This document shows positions 20,583-30,448 of a DNA stretch of 64,000 bases, piece by piece. The notes under the pieces are model-generated. The model saw only the letters and a program-made list of their open reading frames with translations. It had not been told where the DNA came from and did not search any database. This DNA comes from a virus. The stretch covers positions 1 through 64,000 of IMG/VR virus record IMGVR_UViG_3300032249_001455; one strand, given 5' to 3'. How positions within the stretch are numbered: position 1 is the stretch's first letter; the number at the start of each line of letters is the position of its first letter. A program made the translations under genes and the position numbers.

Positions 20583-20645
20583 TTGCCGACGCGAACAGAA
20601 GTAGCGTTGGTTTGAACTTTCAACTTTTAACAACGGAGAATTAAC

Positions 20646-21581
20646 ATGTCACTTGATCTTGGTTCACTTCAGAGCGATTACAAGGGCCTCAAGTCCGCCG
20701 AGGGTTCTGGCGGCTCCTTCCTCGAGAATTTCGTAAAGATGCCGGAAGGCAAGGGGAGCGTGGTGATGCGCCTCCTTCCTCCCGCCCCCTCCAGCAAGTT
20801 CGGCCGCGATAAGAGCCCTTTCTATCTCACCACGGCCCTCCACAGGGTCAACGGCAAGAGCATCCATGACATCCGCGAGTATGTCAACGGCAAGTGGGTC
20901 GGCAAGAATCCCATCGTGGATTACATCCGCCACTGCTGGAAGGAGTCGGAGCAGGCCGCCCCCGCCGAGCGAGACCGCCTGCAGAACCTCTACAGGCAGC
21001 TCAAGCCCATCGAGAGGTACTACTACAACGTCATCGTCCGCTCGGAGACCGCCGAGGACGGCACGGTGAAGAAGAATGTCGGGCCGAAGATTCTCTCCGT
21101 CGGCAAGACGGTTCACGAGATCATCCTCCGCGGCATTCTCGGCGACAAGGAGATGAACCAGCCGCAGCTCGGCGACGTCACCGACTTCAAGAACGGCTAC
21201 GACTTCAAGCTCGTCAAGACGATACGCAAGTCGGGCGACCAGCAGTTTCCGAACTACGAGGGTTCGCACTTCCTCGAGCAGAGCCCCGCTGCCGACCCGG
21301 ACGAGTGCAAGAAGTGGATGGAGGGCGTACACGACCTCGTCGCCCTCAGAACCCTCAAGACCTACGAGGAACTGGAGCACGAGCTCGCCGTGCATCTCGG
21401 ACTCAAGCAGGAGTCCTCCGGCGGCTTTGATCCGTCGAAGTTTGCGACCAAGCCCGCCGCCCCCGTCGCGGAGGAGAAGGTCGCGGCCCCCAAGGCCAGG
21501 GTCGAGGAGGAATCCACGGGCGGCGACGACGACGAGATCGCCGACAAGGACTTCCTCGAGGAACTCAGAAGGCTGGGCTGA
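20646..21581 (+). CDS. gp32-like single-stranded DNA-binding protein
   Basis: RLLPP, RYYYNVIVR, G.DFKL, NYEGS and an acidic C-tail; GGAG RBS. Confidence 0.8.
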   Translation: MSLDLGSLQSDYKGLKSAEGSGGSFLENFVKMPEGKGSVVMRLLPPAPSSKFGRDKSPFYLTTALHRVNGKSIHDIREYVNGKWVGKNPIVDYIRHCWKESEQAAPAERDRLQNLYRQLKPIERYYYNVIVRSETAEDGTVKKNVGPKILSVGKTVHEIILRGILGDKEMNQPQLGDVTDFKNGYDFKLVKTIRKSGDQQFPNYEGSHFLEQSPAADPDECKKWMEGVHDLVALRTLKTYEELEHELAVHLGLKQESSGGFDPSKFATKPAAPVAEEKVAAPKARVEEESTGGDDDEIADKDFLEELRRLG

Positions 21582-21599
21582 TAGGATTCGATAAGAGAA

Positions 21600-21639
21600 C
21601 CTCTCCCCGGGACAATCGGGTCCCGGGGAGAGGATATTT
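21600..21639 (+). terminator. 14-bp GC-rich hairpin, probable terminator or processing site
   Basis: cctctccccgggac-aatcgg-gtcccggggagagg followed by atattt. Confidence 0.65.
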
Positions 21640-21686
21640 CCAGCCCCCTCTGGGCTTTCTGCAACAAATCAAAAAAAGGAGACATC

Positions 21687-22877
21687 ATGGCTAAGAAGAA
21701 TAAGGGTGAGGATTCGGCTCTTGACGAGATATTGAGTTCCACCGGAGGAGAACTCCTCCGAAACGCAGGCCAGGTTCCGTACTACGTGGACACCGGCAAC
21801 CTCGCTATCAACTACGCGTGCAGCGGGAGGTTCATCAGCGGAGGCTTCCCCGGGGGCAGAATCATAGAGGCCTTCGGTCCCGAAGCCTCCGGCAAGTCGC
21901 TTCTCGGATACTGCTTCCTCGGAGCCATTCAGAAGCAAGGCGGCATCGCCGTTCTGCTGGACTGCGAAAGGTCGAGCGGAAGCGACTTCGCGGAGCGTTG
22001 CGGACACGTTGACCCCGACAAGCTCCTTGTGTTCGATCCCGTGACCCTCCAGCAGGTCGAGAAGAAGATCATCGCCGTCGTCAATGCCATCCGCGCCAAG
22101 TTCCCCAAGAAGCCCATCGGCATCGTCTGGGACAGCATCGGCGTCAATCCCACCGACAGGGAGTGGAGCGAGGTGGAATTGCCCGAGAACGCCACCAAGG
22201 CGGAGCGAGACGCCGTCGGGAACGAGAGGCCGGGCGAACGAGCCAAGTTTGCAAACAAGATATTGAGGAGCCTCAATCCCTTCCTCAACGACAAGGATGC
22301 GACCTTGTACGTCATAAACCAGGTGCGCAAGAAGATCGGGGTGATATACGGCAACGACGAGACCACCTCCGGTGGCGGCGAGGCCCTGAAGTTCTACGCC
22401 TCACTCAGGTTCCGAACCGGCTCCCCGAAGGCGTTCCAGGACAAGAGCACAAAGCTTTCGCTCGGCACAAACATGACAATTGTCAACAAGAAGAACAGGC
22501 ACTTCACCCCAGGAATAAAGATAGAAAACGTCCCGTTGTTTTACGATTCGGGAATCAATCCCCTCGGGGGCCTCATGGACGCCATCCTCATGTCAAAGAG
22601 GGTCGAGACCGCCAAGGGCGCAGGCAAGTACAAGATTCTCTCCCCGTGGAACGGCGGCGACGAGGAGGCGGTGTTCCAGCAGGCCAAGTCGGCTCCGTTC
22701 GACGCCGAGGTTCTGATAAAGTATCCCGCTCTCATAGATGCCGAAAGCCCGGAGCAGGTCAGGGAGTATCTGAAGGAGTGGTCCGACGCCATCGCCCTCA
22801 CCAACAGCGACAGCGTGGAGCAGGTGGACACGCACCAGGATGTAAGCAACTTGATCGGCGAAAGAAATGAAGATTGA
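21687..22877 (+). CDS. uvsX: RecA/UvsX recombinase
   Basis: GRIIEAFGPEASGKS, VWDSI, INQVR.KIG, SGGGEALKFYASLR. Confidence 0.92.
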   Translation: MAKKNKGEDSALDEILSSTGGELLRNAGQVPYYVDTGNLAINYACSGRFISGGFPGGRIIEAFGPEASGKSLLGYCFLGAIQKQGGIAVLLDCERSSGSDFAERCGHVDPDKLLVFDPVTLQQVEKKIIAVVNAIRAKFPKKPIGIVWDSIGVNPTDREWSEVELPENATKAERDAVGNERPGERAKFANKILRSLNPFLNDKDATLYVINQVRKKIGVIYGNDETTSGGGEALKFYASLRFRTGSPKAFQDKSTKLSLGTNMTIVNKKNRHFTPGIKIENVPLFYDSGINPLGGLMDAILMSKRVETAKGAGKYKILSPWNGGDEEAVFQQAKSAPFDAEVLIKYPALIDAESPEQVREYLKEWSDAIALTNSDSVEQVDTHQDVSNLIGERNED

Positions 22878-23073
22878 ACTGACGGACGACCAGATTGACG
22901 AAGTCGTTCTTTTTGAGATGAGGCGCCACTCGGAACTTTTGAAGTCCAACGTGGCCTCTCTCAAAAGAAAGAGACGCAGAGAGAAGTACGAGAACGAAGA
23001 CCTCGAGAGATTCAAAGAGATTCTGTCTGCCATGAAGGTGATGCTCGGCTACTACGGCAGTCACCTGAAGTGA
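22867..23073 (+). CDS. Hypothetical protein
   Basis: 68-aa ORF overlapping the uvsX end. Confidence 0.6.
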   Translation: MKIELTDDQIDEVVLFEMRRHSELLKSNVASLKRKRRREKYENEDLERFKEILSAMKVMLGYYGSHLK

Positions 23074-23325
23074 TCATTTGATCTTTTTGTTCTTTTTGTT
23101 CTCGATTATCTTGTAGCCGACTTTTTCGCCTTTGTAGTTTTTGTCGCAGAGGGCCGGCACAAGCCCCTTCAGATCTAGAATTCTCTTTCTTTCTATATCT
23201 GCCTTCACCACGAACATCTCGGCGCCGAAGGCCCGGCAGTACTCCTCCAGGTGCTTGAAGTTTCCGAGCAGGGTGAAGAACCGCTTCTTGTCTCTGGTCT
23301 CCAGCATCAGGCATTTCAAAGCCAT
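23074..23325 (-). CDS. Hypothetical protein
   Basis: 83 aa, AGGAG RBS, TTGACG-17-TAATTT upstream. Confidence 0.65.
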   Translation of the reverse strand: MALKCLMLETRDKKRFFTLLGNFKHLEEYCRAFGAEMFVVKADIERKRILDLKGLVPALCDKNYKGEKVGYKIIENKKNKKIK

Positions 23326-23446
23326 GAAATTTTTCTCCTATTGCGTTCAAATTAACGTTTTCTGTATGATCCGTCAATGCTTGTTTTTTGGACGAATAAT
23401 CTCGTTTATTGCGTCGCCGGATCATAAATAAGGTGAGCGAAAACAC

Positions 23447-23896
23447 ATGTCAAAATTTGACGAAAAAATAGAAATGATGAGGGGTATGGCCCATCAGCTT
23501 GTGCCCTACAATTTTCCGCTCGGGCCGGTGGAACTGGAATACCACATAGCCCCTCTGAAGAGGTGCGAGGCCGTCGTGGACGGCTATTCCGTCGTTTTCC
23601 ACCTCAACAGGGCCACGTACAACGACCACTACCTGGAGACCTTTCAGGTCTACAACAAGTACGCTCCTTTCCTGCCGTTTTGTCTTGTGACGAAACTCGC
23701 CAAGAAGGTTCTCGGGGGGCATTTTCTCTTCCTCGTTGAATTCTACCAGGACGACAGGAAGGTTTATTGCTGGAGCGTCTGCCTCGACGACAGGGGCAGG
23801 CCGATCTCGTCGCCGACAAAGGAGAAGTCCAAGCCGAGGGTTTTCGAGGGTTTTGAATACATGTACATGACCCCCGATCAGCTCAACCTATATTGA
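23447..23896 (+). CDS. Hypothetical protein
   Basis: 149-aa ORF. Confidence 0.7.
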   Translation: MSKFDEKIEMMRGMAHQLVPYNFPLGPVELEYHIAPLKRCEAVVDGYSVVFHLNRATYNDHYLETFQVYNKYAPFLPFCLVTKLAKKVLGGHFLFLVEFYQDDRKVYCWSVCLDDRGRPISSPTKEKSKPRVFEGFEYMYMTPDQLNLY

Positions 23897-23940
23897 TTTC
23901 ATGATTCTTTGCAGTTGATCTCACAAAGGGAGGACAAGCC

Positions 23941-24246
23941 ATGAAAAGGACCAACAAGGAGAAGATTCAGAGGCTTTTTGTAGAATATCTTCTGAAGGAG
24001 GGCGGTCTTGCGCTGACCCTTCCGAACGGGATGGTCCTCGAGGTGGGAGTCACCCAGGAAAACAGGCGCGGCGATCTGGAGATCATTCCCGACTACTGCT
24101 GGGTGGTGGCATCCCAGCGAGACCGTTCCGTCTCCATAGACAGTTACAATCTCGGGCTCAGATACCCCGGCGACAAGGAGATGGTGTGCGAGCACTCCAT
24201 ACAGTCCGCGGATGGAACCAACATCAACGTCGTCGATGTTGTCTAG
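23941..24246 (+). CDS. Hypothetical protein
   Basis: 101 aa, GGAGG RBS. Confidence 0.7.
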   Translation: MKRTNKEKIQRLFVEYLLKEGGLALTLPNGMVLEVGVTQENRRGDLEIIPDYCWVVASQRDRSVSIDSYNLGLRYPGDKEMVCEHSIQSADGTNINVVDVV

Positions 24247-24258
24247 GCAAATCTGGCA

Positions 24259-24287
24259 TTGACTTTTCTATTGTAATCTACTAATCT
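24259..24287 (+). promoter_or_regulatory. Sigma70-type promoter
   Basis: TTGACT-17-TAATCT. Confidence 0.5.
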
Positions 24288-24362
24288 GTAACGCATGTGG
24301 CTCGTTGAGAGCCTTTTAATTCTCGCCTTCGGGCGTTTGCTTTCAGATGATGGAGATTTTGA

Positions 24363-24641
24363 ATGATTCAGTCAAAGAGGAAGTTGGGAAAGTCGGAGAT
24401 AACCCTTATCAAGGAGTACTGCTCCAGACTTTCGGACGAGGAGTTGCAGACGGTTGCGACGATGCTTCGCGACGAGTTTTCGTATGACATTTGCGTGGCT
24501 CTGGAAATCTTCCAGAAAGACGTTCAGGTCAATCGCTGGCTCAGCCAGTCGACAGGGAACGAAGACCTTCGCGTGCGTGCGGACGGAATCGGCGAACTCG
24601 CCTTGATAGAAATCAACTTGAGGCTTTCCAAGAAGAAGTGA
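24363..24641 (+). CDS. Hypothetical protein
   Basis: 92 aa, GGAG RBS. Confidence 0.65.
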   Translation: MIQSKRKLGKSEITLIKEYCSRLSDEELQTVATMLRDEFSYDICVALEIFQKDVQVNRWLSQSTGNEDLRVRADGIGELALIEINLRLSKKK

Positions 24642-24698
24642 TTTGGAGGGTGGGAGGGGGGCGGTCGTGATTTTATTCGCGGCCGCCCCCTAATTTTT

Positions 24699-27600
24699 AT
24701 GGCGCTAACAAGACTTTCCGACCAGCTCGACCTCGTCAGCACGGCAGACTTCCCGCACGGGAAGTATCCGTTTGAGAAATTCAACCGGGTGCAGAGCCGT
24801 GTTTTCGAAATCTGCGACAAGAACTGCAACTGCGTCATAGCCGCCCCCACCAGCGTGGGCAAGACGGTCTGTGCGGAACTTTTCATGAGCCACGAGGTTC
24901 GCGTCCGCGGAGGCAAGGCGATATACCTTGCTCCCCTGCGGGCCCTGGCAAAAGAGAAGATAGACGACTGGACTTCTCCGGACTCCATATTCGGCGATCT
25001 GAAGATAGCCATATGCACCGGCGACTACAGGCTCACCGAGTCCCGCATGAGGGAACTCAACGAGGCGGACATCATTGTGATGACCTCGGAGATGCTCAAC
25101 AGCCGGTGCAGGAACATGGATTCGGAGAAGAACGACTTCTTGAAGGACTGCGGCACCATCGTCGTGGACGAGTCGCACCTTCTCACGGTGCCCGGCCGTG
25201 GAGACCACCTCGAGGTCGGTCTGATGAAGTTCTCCGAGGTTGCAAGGGATCCCAGGATCGTCTTTCTTTCGGCGACGATGCCGAATGTGGATCAGATAGC
25301 GGACTGGGTGGGGTGCAGCCTCGTCAAGAAGGACACCTACCTTGTGAAGTCGGAATACAGGCCGTGTCCCCTGGACATCCACTACGAGACCTACGAGGTG
25401 TCCGAGAGCTACGAGCTGACGGAGGAATACAAGGTCTCCAAGGCCGTGGACATCGTGAGGAACTATCCCGACGACAAGTTTCTTGTTTTCGTCCACTCCA
25501 AGTCCACGGGGGAACGCGTCAAGAAAGCCCTTCAGGATGCGAAGGTAGACTGCGAATTTCATAACGCCGACCTAGACAAGGACAAGCGTCATGAGGTGGA
25601 AAAGAAATTCAAGTACGGAAAGCTGAGGGTGATAATAGCCACAAGCACATTGGCCTGGGGGTGCTACAAGCACGGCAGCAGAGTCGTGATGCAGGATGGT
25701 TCGCTCAAAGACGTCGCCGACATAGTGGTGGGCGACAAATTGCTGTGCCCCGTGAAAGACGGATTCGCCCCGAGAAAGGTCGTCAAAGAAAAGACCTTCA
25801 GATCTGACCGGGGCTATTTTGTCAAGTTGGAATGCGGCGACACCATGACCGTCTCCGAAGATCATGTTTTTCTCGCGGCGAAGGACAGGAATTCGCCCGA
25901 ATGGTGCGACGTTTCATATCTATCCCGGGGCGATTTTGTAGCCGTTCCTTCCGATTTGAAATTGTGGACTGATGAGCTTGCCGACCTTGATCGATTCTGG
26001 TATTTGGTCGGATTCGCCTTTGGAGACGGCTGTCTCGTGGACTGCGGTTTTCACGCCGATGGATCAAAAAAGGCGGTTCTTGATCTGTGCCTTGGAAAGA
26101 TGAACCGTCTTTCAAGAGAAGTTGTGAGGATGTTCTCGGAAGAGTTCAATTATGATGCCAAGGTCAAAAATGATACCAACGGCGTCCCTCATGTTTGCAC
26201 AAAGAAAAAGATAATAGTTGACAAATTTCTTGAACTCCTCCCGCTCGGCAGAAAAGACGGAAAAGACGACTTGCCTAGAGCCGTGTACCTTAATCAATTG
26301 AGGATCAAGAGCTTTTTGAGAGGCCTATTTGATGCCGACGGTGGTTCAGAAGACCACTCCAACGGCAATGTTTCTGTGGGTTTTACGAACATAAGCGAAA
26401 AGGTCGTCCATTCGGTGCGAAGTCTGCTTCTGGGATTCGGCATAAGATCTTCTTTCGGACGAAAACGCATGGTTCCTTCTGTAATAAACGGAAGGCTCCA
26501 GATTCCAGCAAGAAAATACTCCTACAGACTCAGAATTTTCGGAGTGGACAACATTCAGAAATTTGTGAATCACATTGGATTCGGATGCCCGGACAAGACG
26601 GCGAAAATATCAAAATATCTTTCTTCAAAGATCACTGACGCATCAAAGGATCTCATTCCTGCGAGGGAGTTGATCAGGGAGCATCTTGACAAAAATGGCA
26701 TGGGAGCCTCCCATTTCAAGTCGGCTACAAATTGCGACCTCTACAACAGCATCAAAACGCAGGATTGCAGAAGAGGCACCATTTTGAAGCTTATTTCTTC
26801 TGCCCGGAAAAGGACTAGACTGAACGAACTTGTGGAAAAGCCTTATTTCTGGTCTAGGATCAAGGAAATAAGAAAGTGTCGCGGCGGGTTTTTCAAGGAA
26901 ATAGAGATAGAAGACCCCCATGCTTACATTGGATGCGGTGCGATATCCCACAACTGCAATTTTCCCGCACGAAGGGTCGTCATAACGGGCGTCCACAGAG
27001 GCATGAGCGAGGTTGAGACCTACGACATATTTCAGATGGCTGGTCGTGCGGGAAGGCCGGGATACGACCCGCGGGGCGACGTCTACATTCTTCTGCCCGA
27101 CAACAATTCTGAACACCACGAGGACCGGCTCTCCTCCCCCAAGGACATAGAATCGCAGCTCCTCAGTTACTCCGGCAAGGAAGAAGACCCCCATTATAAG
27201 ACTCTCGCCTTCCACCTCGTCAGCGAGATACACCACGGCCAGATAACCACGCTTCAAGACATACACCACTGGTACGGGAAGTCCCTCGCCTATTTCCAGT
27301 ACAACGACCTGGAGGACTCCATCGTGGACAAGACGATGGAACTTCTGATGAGAGTCGGTGCAGTCAAGGAGGTCGAGGGAAAGTACGAGGTCACCTCCGT
27401 AGGCAAGGTGTCCAGCATGATGTACTACAGCCCTTTTGACGTCGCGGATCTGCGGAGGAATTTCAAGTTTCTTTTCGGCAACGGCCTGCAGAGCAACGAC
27501 ATGGCGGTCGCCCTTGCTCTCGGAAACGTGGACTCGATCAGGATGGGTTTCGTCACGAGGGCTGAAAAGGACGAGATGGAGGATTTTTCCTCCAAGGTTC

Positions 27601-28019
27601 AGAACGCCTTCGGAGGGGGCTATCTTGAATCGTCCATAAAGGGCGCATACGCCTATTACTGCCTCTTGAACGGCTATACTCTGGGTCCGTTCAACGCGAT
27701 GGCCAGGGGCCTTCAGATGGACTTTGAGAGGCAGGCGTCCGTACTCAACATGCTTGACTCCATGGCGGCCAAGTGGAACAAGCGAGACTTCTTCAGCAAC
27801 CTTTCTCTTCGTATAGCCTACGGCGTCAGACCCGAACTCATAGACCTCTGCAAGGTTCCCAATGTCGGCAAGGTTCGGGCGGAGAGGCTTTATTCCGCAG
27901 GCATAAGAAGGCCCGCAGACATGCTCAAAAACCCCCATGTCGTCAAGAAGATACTGAATATGAAGGACGATAAGGTCATGGAAATATTGAAGGCGGCCAA
28001 ATCAATTGCTTCTTCTTAA
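24699..28019 (+). CDS. Ski2/Hel308-like DExH helicase containing an intein
   Basis: APTSVGKT, PLRAL, TGD, DESH, LSAT, TSTLAWG|CNFPA, QMAGRAGRPGYD and C-terminal HhH (VPNVGKVRAERL). Confidence 0.92.
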   Translation: MALTRLSDQLDLVSTADFPHGKYPFEKFNRVQSRVFEICDKNCNCVIAAPTSVGKTVCAELFMSHEVRVRGGKAIYLAPLRALAKEKIDDWTSPDSIFGDLKIAICTGDYRLTESRMRELNEADIIVMTSEMLNSRCRNMDSEKNDFLKDCGTIVVDESHLLTVPGRGDHLEVGLMKFSEVARDPRIVFLSATMPNVDQIADWVGCSLVKKDTYLVKSEYRPCPLDIHYETYEVSESYELTEEYKVSKAVDIVRNYPDDKFLVFVHSKSTGERVKKALQDAKVDCEFHNADLDKDKRHEVEKKFKYGKLRVIIATSTLAWGCYKHGSRVVMQDGSLKDVADIVVGDKLLCPVKDGFAPRKVVKEKTFRSDRGYFVKLECGDTMTVSEDHVFLAAKDRNSPEWCDVSYLSRGDFVAVPSDLKLWTDELADLDRFWYLVGFAFGDGCLVDCGFHADGSKKAVLDLCLGKMNRLSREVVRMFSEEFNYDAKVKNDTNGVPHVCTKKKIIVDKFLELLPLGRKDGKDDLPRAVYLNQLRIKSFLRGLFDADGGSEDHSNGNVSVGFTNISEKVVHSVRSLLLGFGIRSSFGRKRMVPSVINGRLQIPARKYSYRLRIFGVDNIQKFVNHIGFGCPDKTAKISKYLSSKITDASKDLIPARELIREHLDKNGMGASHFKSATNCDLYNSIKTQDCRRGTILKLISSARKRTRLNELVEKPYFWSRIKEIRKCRGGFFKEIEIEDPHAYIGCGAISHNCNFPARRVVITGVHRGMSEVETYDIFQMAGRAGRPGYDPRGDVYILLPDNNSEHHEDRLSSPKDIESQLLSYSGKEEDPHYKTLAFHLVSEIHHGQITTLQDIHHWYGKSLAYFQYNDLEDSIVDKTMELLMRVGAVKEVEGKYEVTSVGKVSSMMYYSPFDVADLRRNFKFLFGNGLQSNDMAVALALGNVDSIRMGFVTRAEKDEMEDFSSKVQNAFGGGYLESSIKGAYAYYCLLNGYTLGPFNAMARGLQMDFERQASVLNMLDSMAAKWNKRDFFSNLSLRIAYGVRPELIDLCKVPNVGKVRAERLYSAGIRRPADMLKNPHVVKKILNMKDDKVMEILKAAKSIASS
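25662..26954 (+). mobile_element. Intein with LAGLIDADG homing endonuclease (431 aa)
   Basis: Starts with Cys (CYKHGSRV), ends SHN before +1 Cys; block B SEDHVF; LVGFAFGDG and FLRGLFDADG; inserted in helicase motif V. Confidence 0.93.
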
Positions 28020-29513
28020 TCCCCTTGATCTCCTCTTGACCCTGTCCACGACGAACTTGATCTTCTGTTCAAGTACGGATTTGTTCATCACAATTGTATT
28101 GTTTTCCCTTCCGCTTTTGCTCATCCACAATGATGTGGGCTGACTTCCTCCGTCGCAGTCTCTTTTTGTCTCGCAGCACGAACAGTTTCCTACGGCTTGT
28201 ATCTCGACACTTATGGAGTCGCCATCCTCTACTTCAGTTGAATTGCCGGCACTTCCATTGAGAATCAAGGACACCTGGCAATCCTGAAGATTTGAAGAGG
28301 AAAGTTCGGCAGTCACCGTACCTGCGCCGACGGCTTCTACGCCCCCCGAAGACATGTACAAGCAGCATCCGCTCGTTGTGAGCGTCACCGTGACTTGCTG
28401 ACAAGGCGAACAGCTGCTGGAGCTGCTTGATTCCGAACTGCTGCTTGATTCTGAAGTGCTGCTCGAACACAGGCAGTTTTGGGCACACTCCTCTTTTGTT
28501 TCATATGGCCCTCCGAGAATTTCGTAAATGCTTGGATTGTACTGTGATTCTGGTATGCAGATTACATCACAACTACTGCTACTTGATGATTCTTCGCTCG
28601 AACTACTTGACTCCGAAGAGCTGCTTGAACCCGACGAACTGCTTGAACCCGAAGAACTGCTTGAACCCGAAGAGCTGCTTGAACCCGACGAACTGCTTGA
28701 ACCCGAAGAACTGCTTGAACCCGACGAACTGCTTGAACCCGACGAACTGCTTGAACCCGACGAACTGCTTGAACCCGACGAACTGCTTGAACCCGAAGAG
28801 CTGCTTGAACCCGAAGAGCTGCTTGAACCCGAGGTGGAAGAAGTTCCTCCGGATGTGTCCGAACTTGTCGGAACCGAAGGCAATGTTCCCGATTGTGAAA
28901 ATACGAAGCCGTTAGAATTTATTGCCGATTTAGAAAATGTTGGGATTTTCCAAAAACTCTGTCTCCTTCGTGCGCAGTAATATCTTTCTTGGCTACTGCT
29001 GCTTGAAGATTCTTCGCTTGAGCTACTTGAATCTGAAGAACTAGAGGAATCGCTTGAAGAGCTGCTACTACCGCTAGAACTTGACGGTGGTGGAGAGGAC
29101 GACGAACTTCCGCTGGAGGAACTGCCACTGCTTGACGAGCTGCCGGATGAAGAACTTCCTTCGGTGGAACTTGACGTTGGTGGCGGATTTTCGGTAGAAG
29201 AACTTGTCGGCAATGTCCCGGCTTGTGAAAATACGAAGCCGTTTGACTGTAGAGTTTCCCTTGAAAAAGAGGGCAGGGAGGGAAGTTTATTTGCCTTTTT
29301 CTTGAATTTTATCCCGCTGAAGTTATATCCGTCAAATACGCAGTCGCACCTGCATTCGGGGGGGTCGCTCGGGCCGCATTCAAAGTATATCGTTACGCTG
29401 TCGCAGCAGTTGTCGGGCGGACATGTATTGCAGCAGTCAGCAAAGCACTGTTGGGCCGGATTTGTGGCCCTTCCCGGCTTTCCTCTTTTGAACGGCCCGC
29501 AGCAGTTTGGCAT
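28002..29513 (-). CDS. Cys-rich, poly-Ser protein (putative virion/surface protein)
   Basis: Many CC pairs, long SSSSSG tracts, duplicated SNGFVFSQxGTLP motif. Confidence 0.75.
   Translation of the reverse strand: MPNCCGPFKRGKPGRATNPAQQCFADCCNTCPPDNCCDSVTIYFECGPSDPPECRCDCVFDGYNFSGIKFKKKANKLPSLPSFSRETLQSNGFVFSQAGTLPTSSSTENPPPTSSSTEGSSSSGSSSSSGSSSSGSSSSSPPPSSSSGSSSSSSDSSSSSDSSSSSEESSSSSSQERYYCARRRQSFWKIPTFSKSAINSNGFVFSQSGTLPSVPTSSDTSGGTSSTSGSSSSSGSSSSSGSSSSSGSSSSSGSSSSSGSSSSSGSSSSSGSSSSSGSSSSSGSSSSSGSSSSSGSSSSSESSSSSEESSSSSSCDVICIPESQYNPSIYEILGGPYETKEECAQNCLCSSSTSESSSSSESSSSSSCSPCQQVTVTLTTSGCCLYMSSGGVEAVGAGTVTAELSSSNLQDCQVSLILNGSAGNSTEVEDGDSISVEIQAVGNCSCCETKRDCDGGSQPTSLWMSKSGRENNTIVMNKSVLEQKIKFVVDRVKRRSRGLRRSN
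28621..28832. repeat. 18-nt tandem repeat, about 12 copies (GSSSSS)
   Basis: ctgcttgaacccga(c/a)ga(a/g) units. Confidence 0.95.
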
Positions 29514-29765
29514 TCAGTTCCCAAAAAAGTCGTCTGGATATTCAATTTTTACAACTCCATTCTTGTCGGTCTTTTCGCCGGTTTTGGGATCCTCCACCCA
29601 CCATCTGACTTGGTTTACCTGTATGCCGAGTTCGTCCATGTGACACTTGTCCTCGGGACTAACCGGCATGTGGTATTTCTGGCCTTCCATCAGGATCGCT
29701 ACATTGCATAGGCCTTCTGATCTGTTGAACAGAAGGCAGTTTCCGCATATTGGTTCTTTGGACAT
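29514..29765 (-). CDS. Small Cys-containing hypothetical protein
   Basis: CGNC...C...C; directly abuts the next gene. Confidence 0.7.
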   Translation of the reverse strand: MSKEPICGNCLLFNRSEGLCNVAILMEGQKYHMPVSPEDKCHMDELGIQVNQVRWWVEDPKTGEKTDKNGVVKIEYPDDFFGN

Positions 29766-29857
29766 GCAATAGTTGAGCTAAAATACCGCAAATAAACCCG
29801 CTGATATGTATTGATAGCGGCCTGTCTTTTTGATATCATCCCGGAGAGGAGAAATAT

Positions 29858-30448
29858 ATGAAATTCATATGTGCCGCAGGGCAGATGAGAAGTGGCAAGA
29901 ATGTCACTGGAGAGTACTTGTGTGGCAAAAGTGGCTTCCTCCCCGCCTCGTTCGCCAAGCCCGTCAAAGACATATATTGCAGGGCTTTCGGCGTGGATAT
30001 GGACTTCGTGGAGAAATGGAAGGTGATAAACGAGCCTCCCCCGGGATTTGACAAGACGGTCAGGCAATCACTCCAGTTCATAGGCGACGGGTTCCGCAGC
30101 ATCAATCCGAATGTTTGGGTAGACTACGCCTTTAGTAATAATCCTGAAAAATCTTGCTACATGGACGGAAGGTACCTCAATGAGTTATCTAGGGTGAGGC
30201 TTGAGGGCGGAGCAAACATCCTTCTGTGGCGGCCAAGACATGAGAACAACGACTCCAATCAGTCTGAAGCACAAGTGAAACCTCTCGTGGATTGGTACGC
30301 CGAAAGGCGGATTGAGGGAGAGGTCGGAATGCTGGATAGGTCTTCGGCTCCAAAGGGGTGTGAGCTCGTGGACTTCTTTCTGATCAACGACGGCGACATA
30401 CCGAGTCTCTATAGAAAAATAGACAGGCTCGTCATTCCAAAAATCTAA
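29858..30448 (+). CDS. Deoxynucleoside monophosphate kinase
   Basis: G.MRSGK P-loop, SFA.PVK, R..LQ..G..FR, DGRY.NE, N.G.I..L. Confidence 0.85.
   Translation: MKFICAAGQMRSGKNVTGEYLCGKSGFLPASFAKPVKDIYCRAFGVDMDFVEKWKVINEPPPGFDKTVRQSLQFIGDGFRSINPNVWVDYAFSNNPEKSCYMDGRYLNELSRVRLEGGANILLWRPRHENNDSNQSEAQVKPLVDWYAERRIEGEVGMLDRSSAPKGCELVDFFLINDGDIPSLYRKIDRLVIPKI

Noticed and set aside
15139-27938. Long antisense or alternate-frame ORFs over guaC, helicase, SSB, uvsX and Hel308
   Set aside because: Expected from GC3-rich codon usage; no motifs, and they overlap well-supported genes.
28427-28980. Plus-strand ORFs with (CLNPxN)n or (ELLEPD)n repeats
   Set aside because: Alternative frames of the 18-nt Ser repeat; the 503-aa minus-strand ORF spans the whole region.
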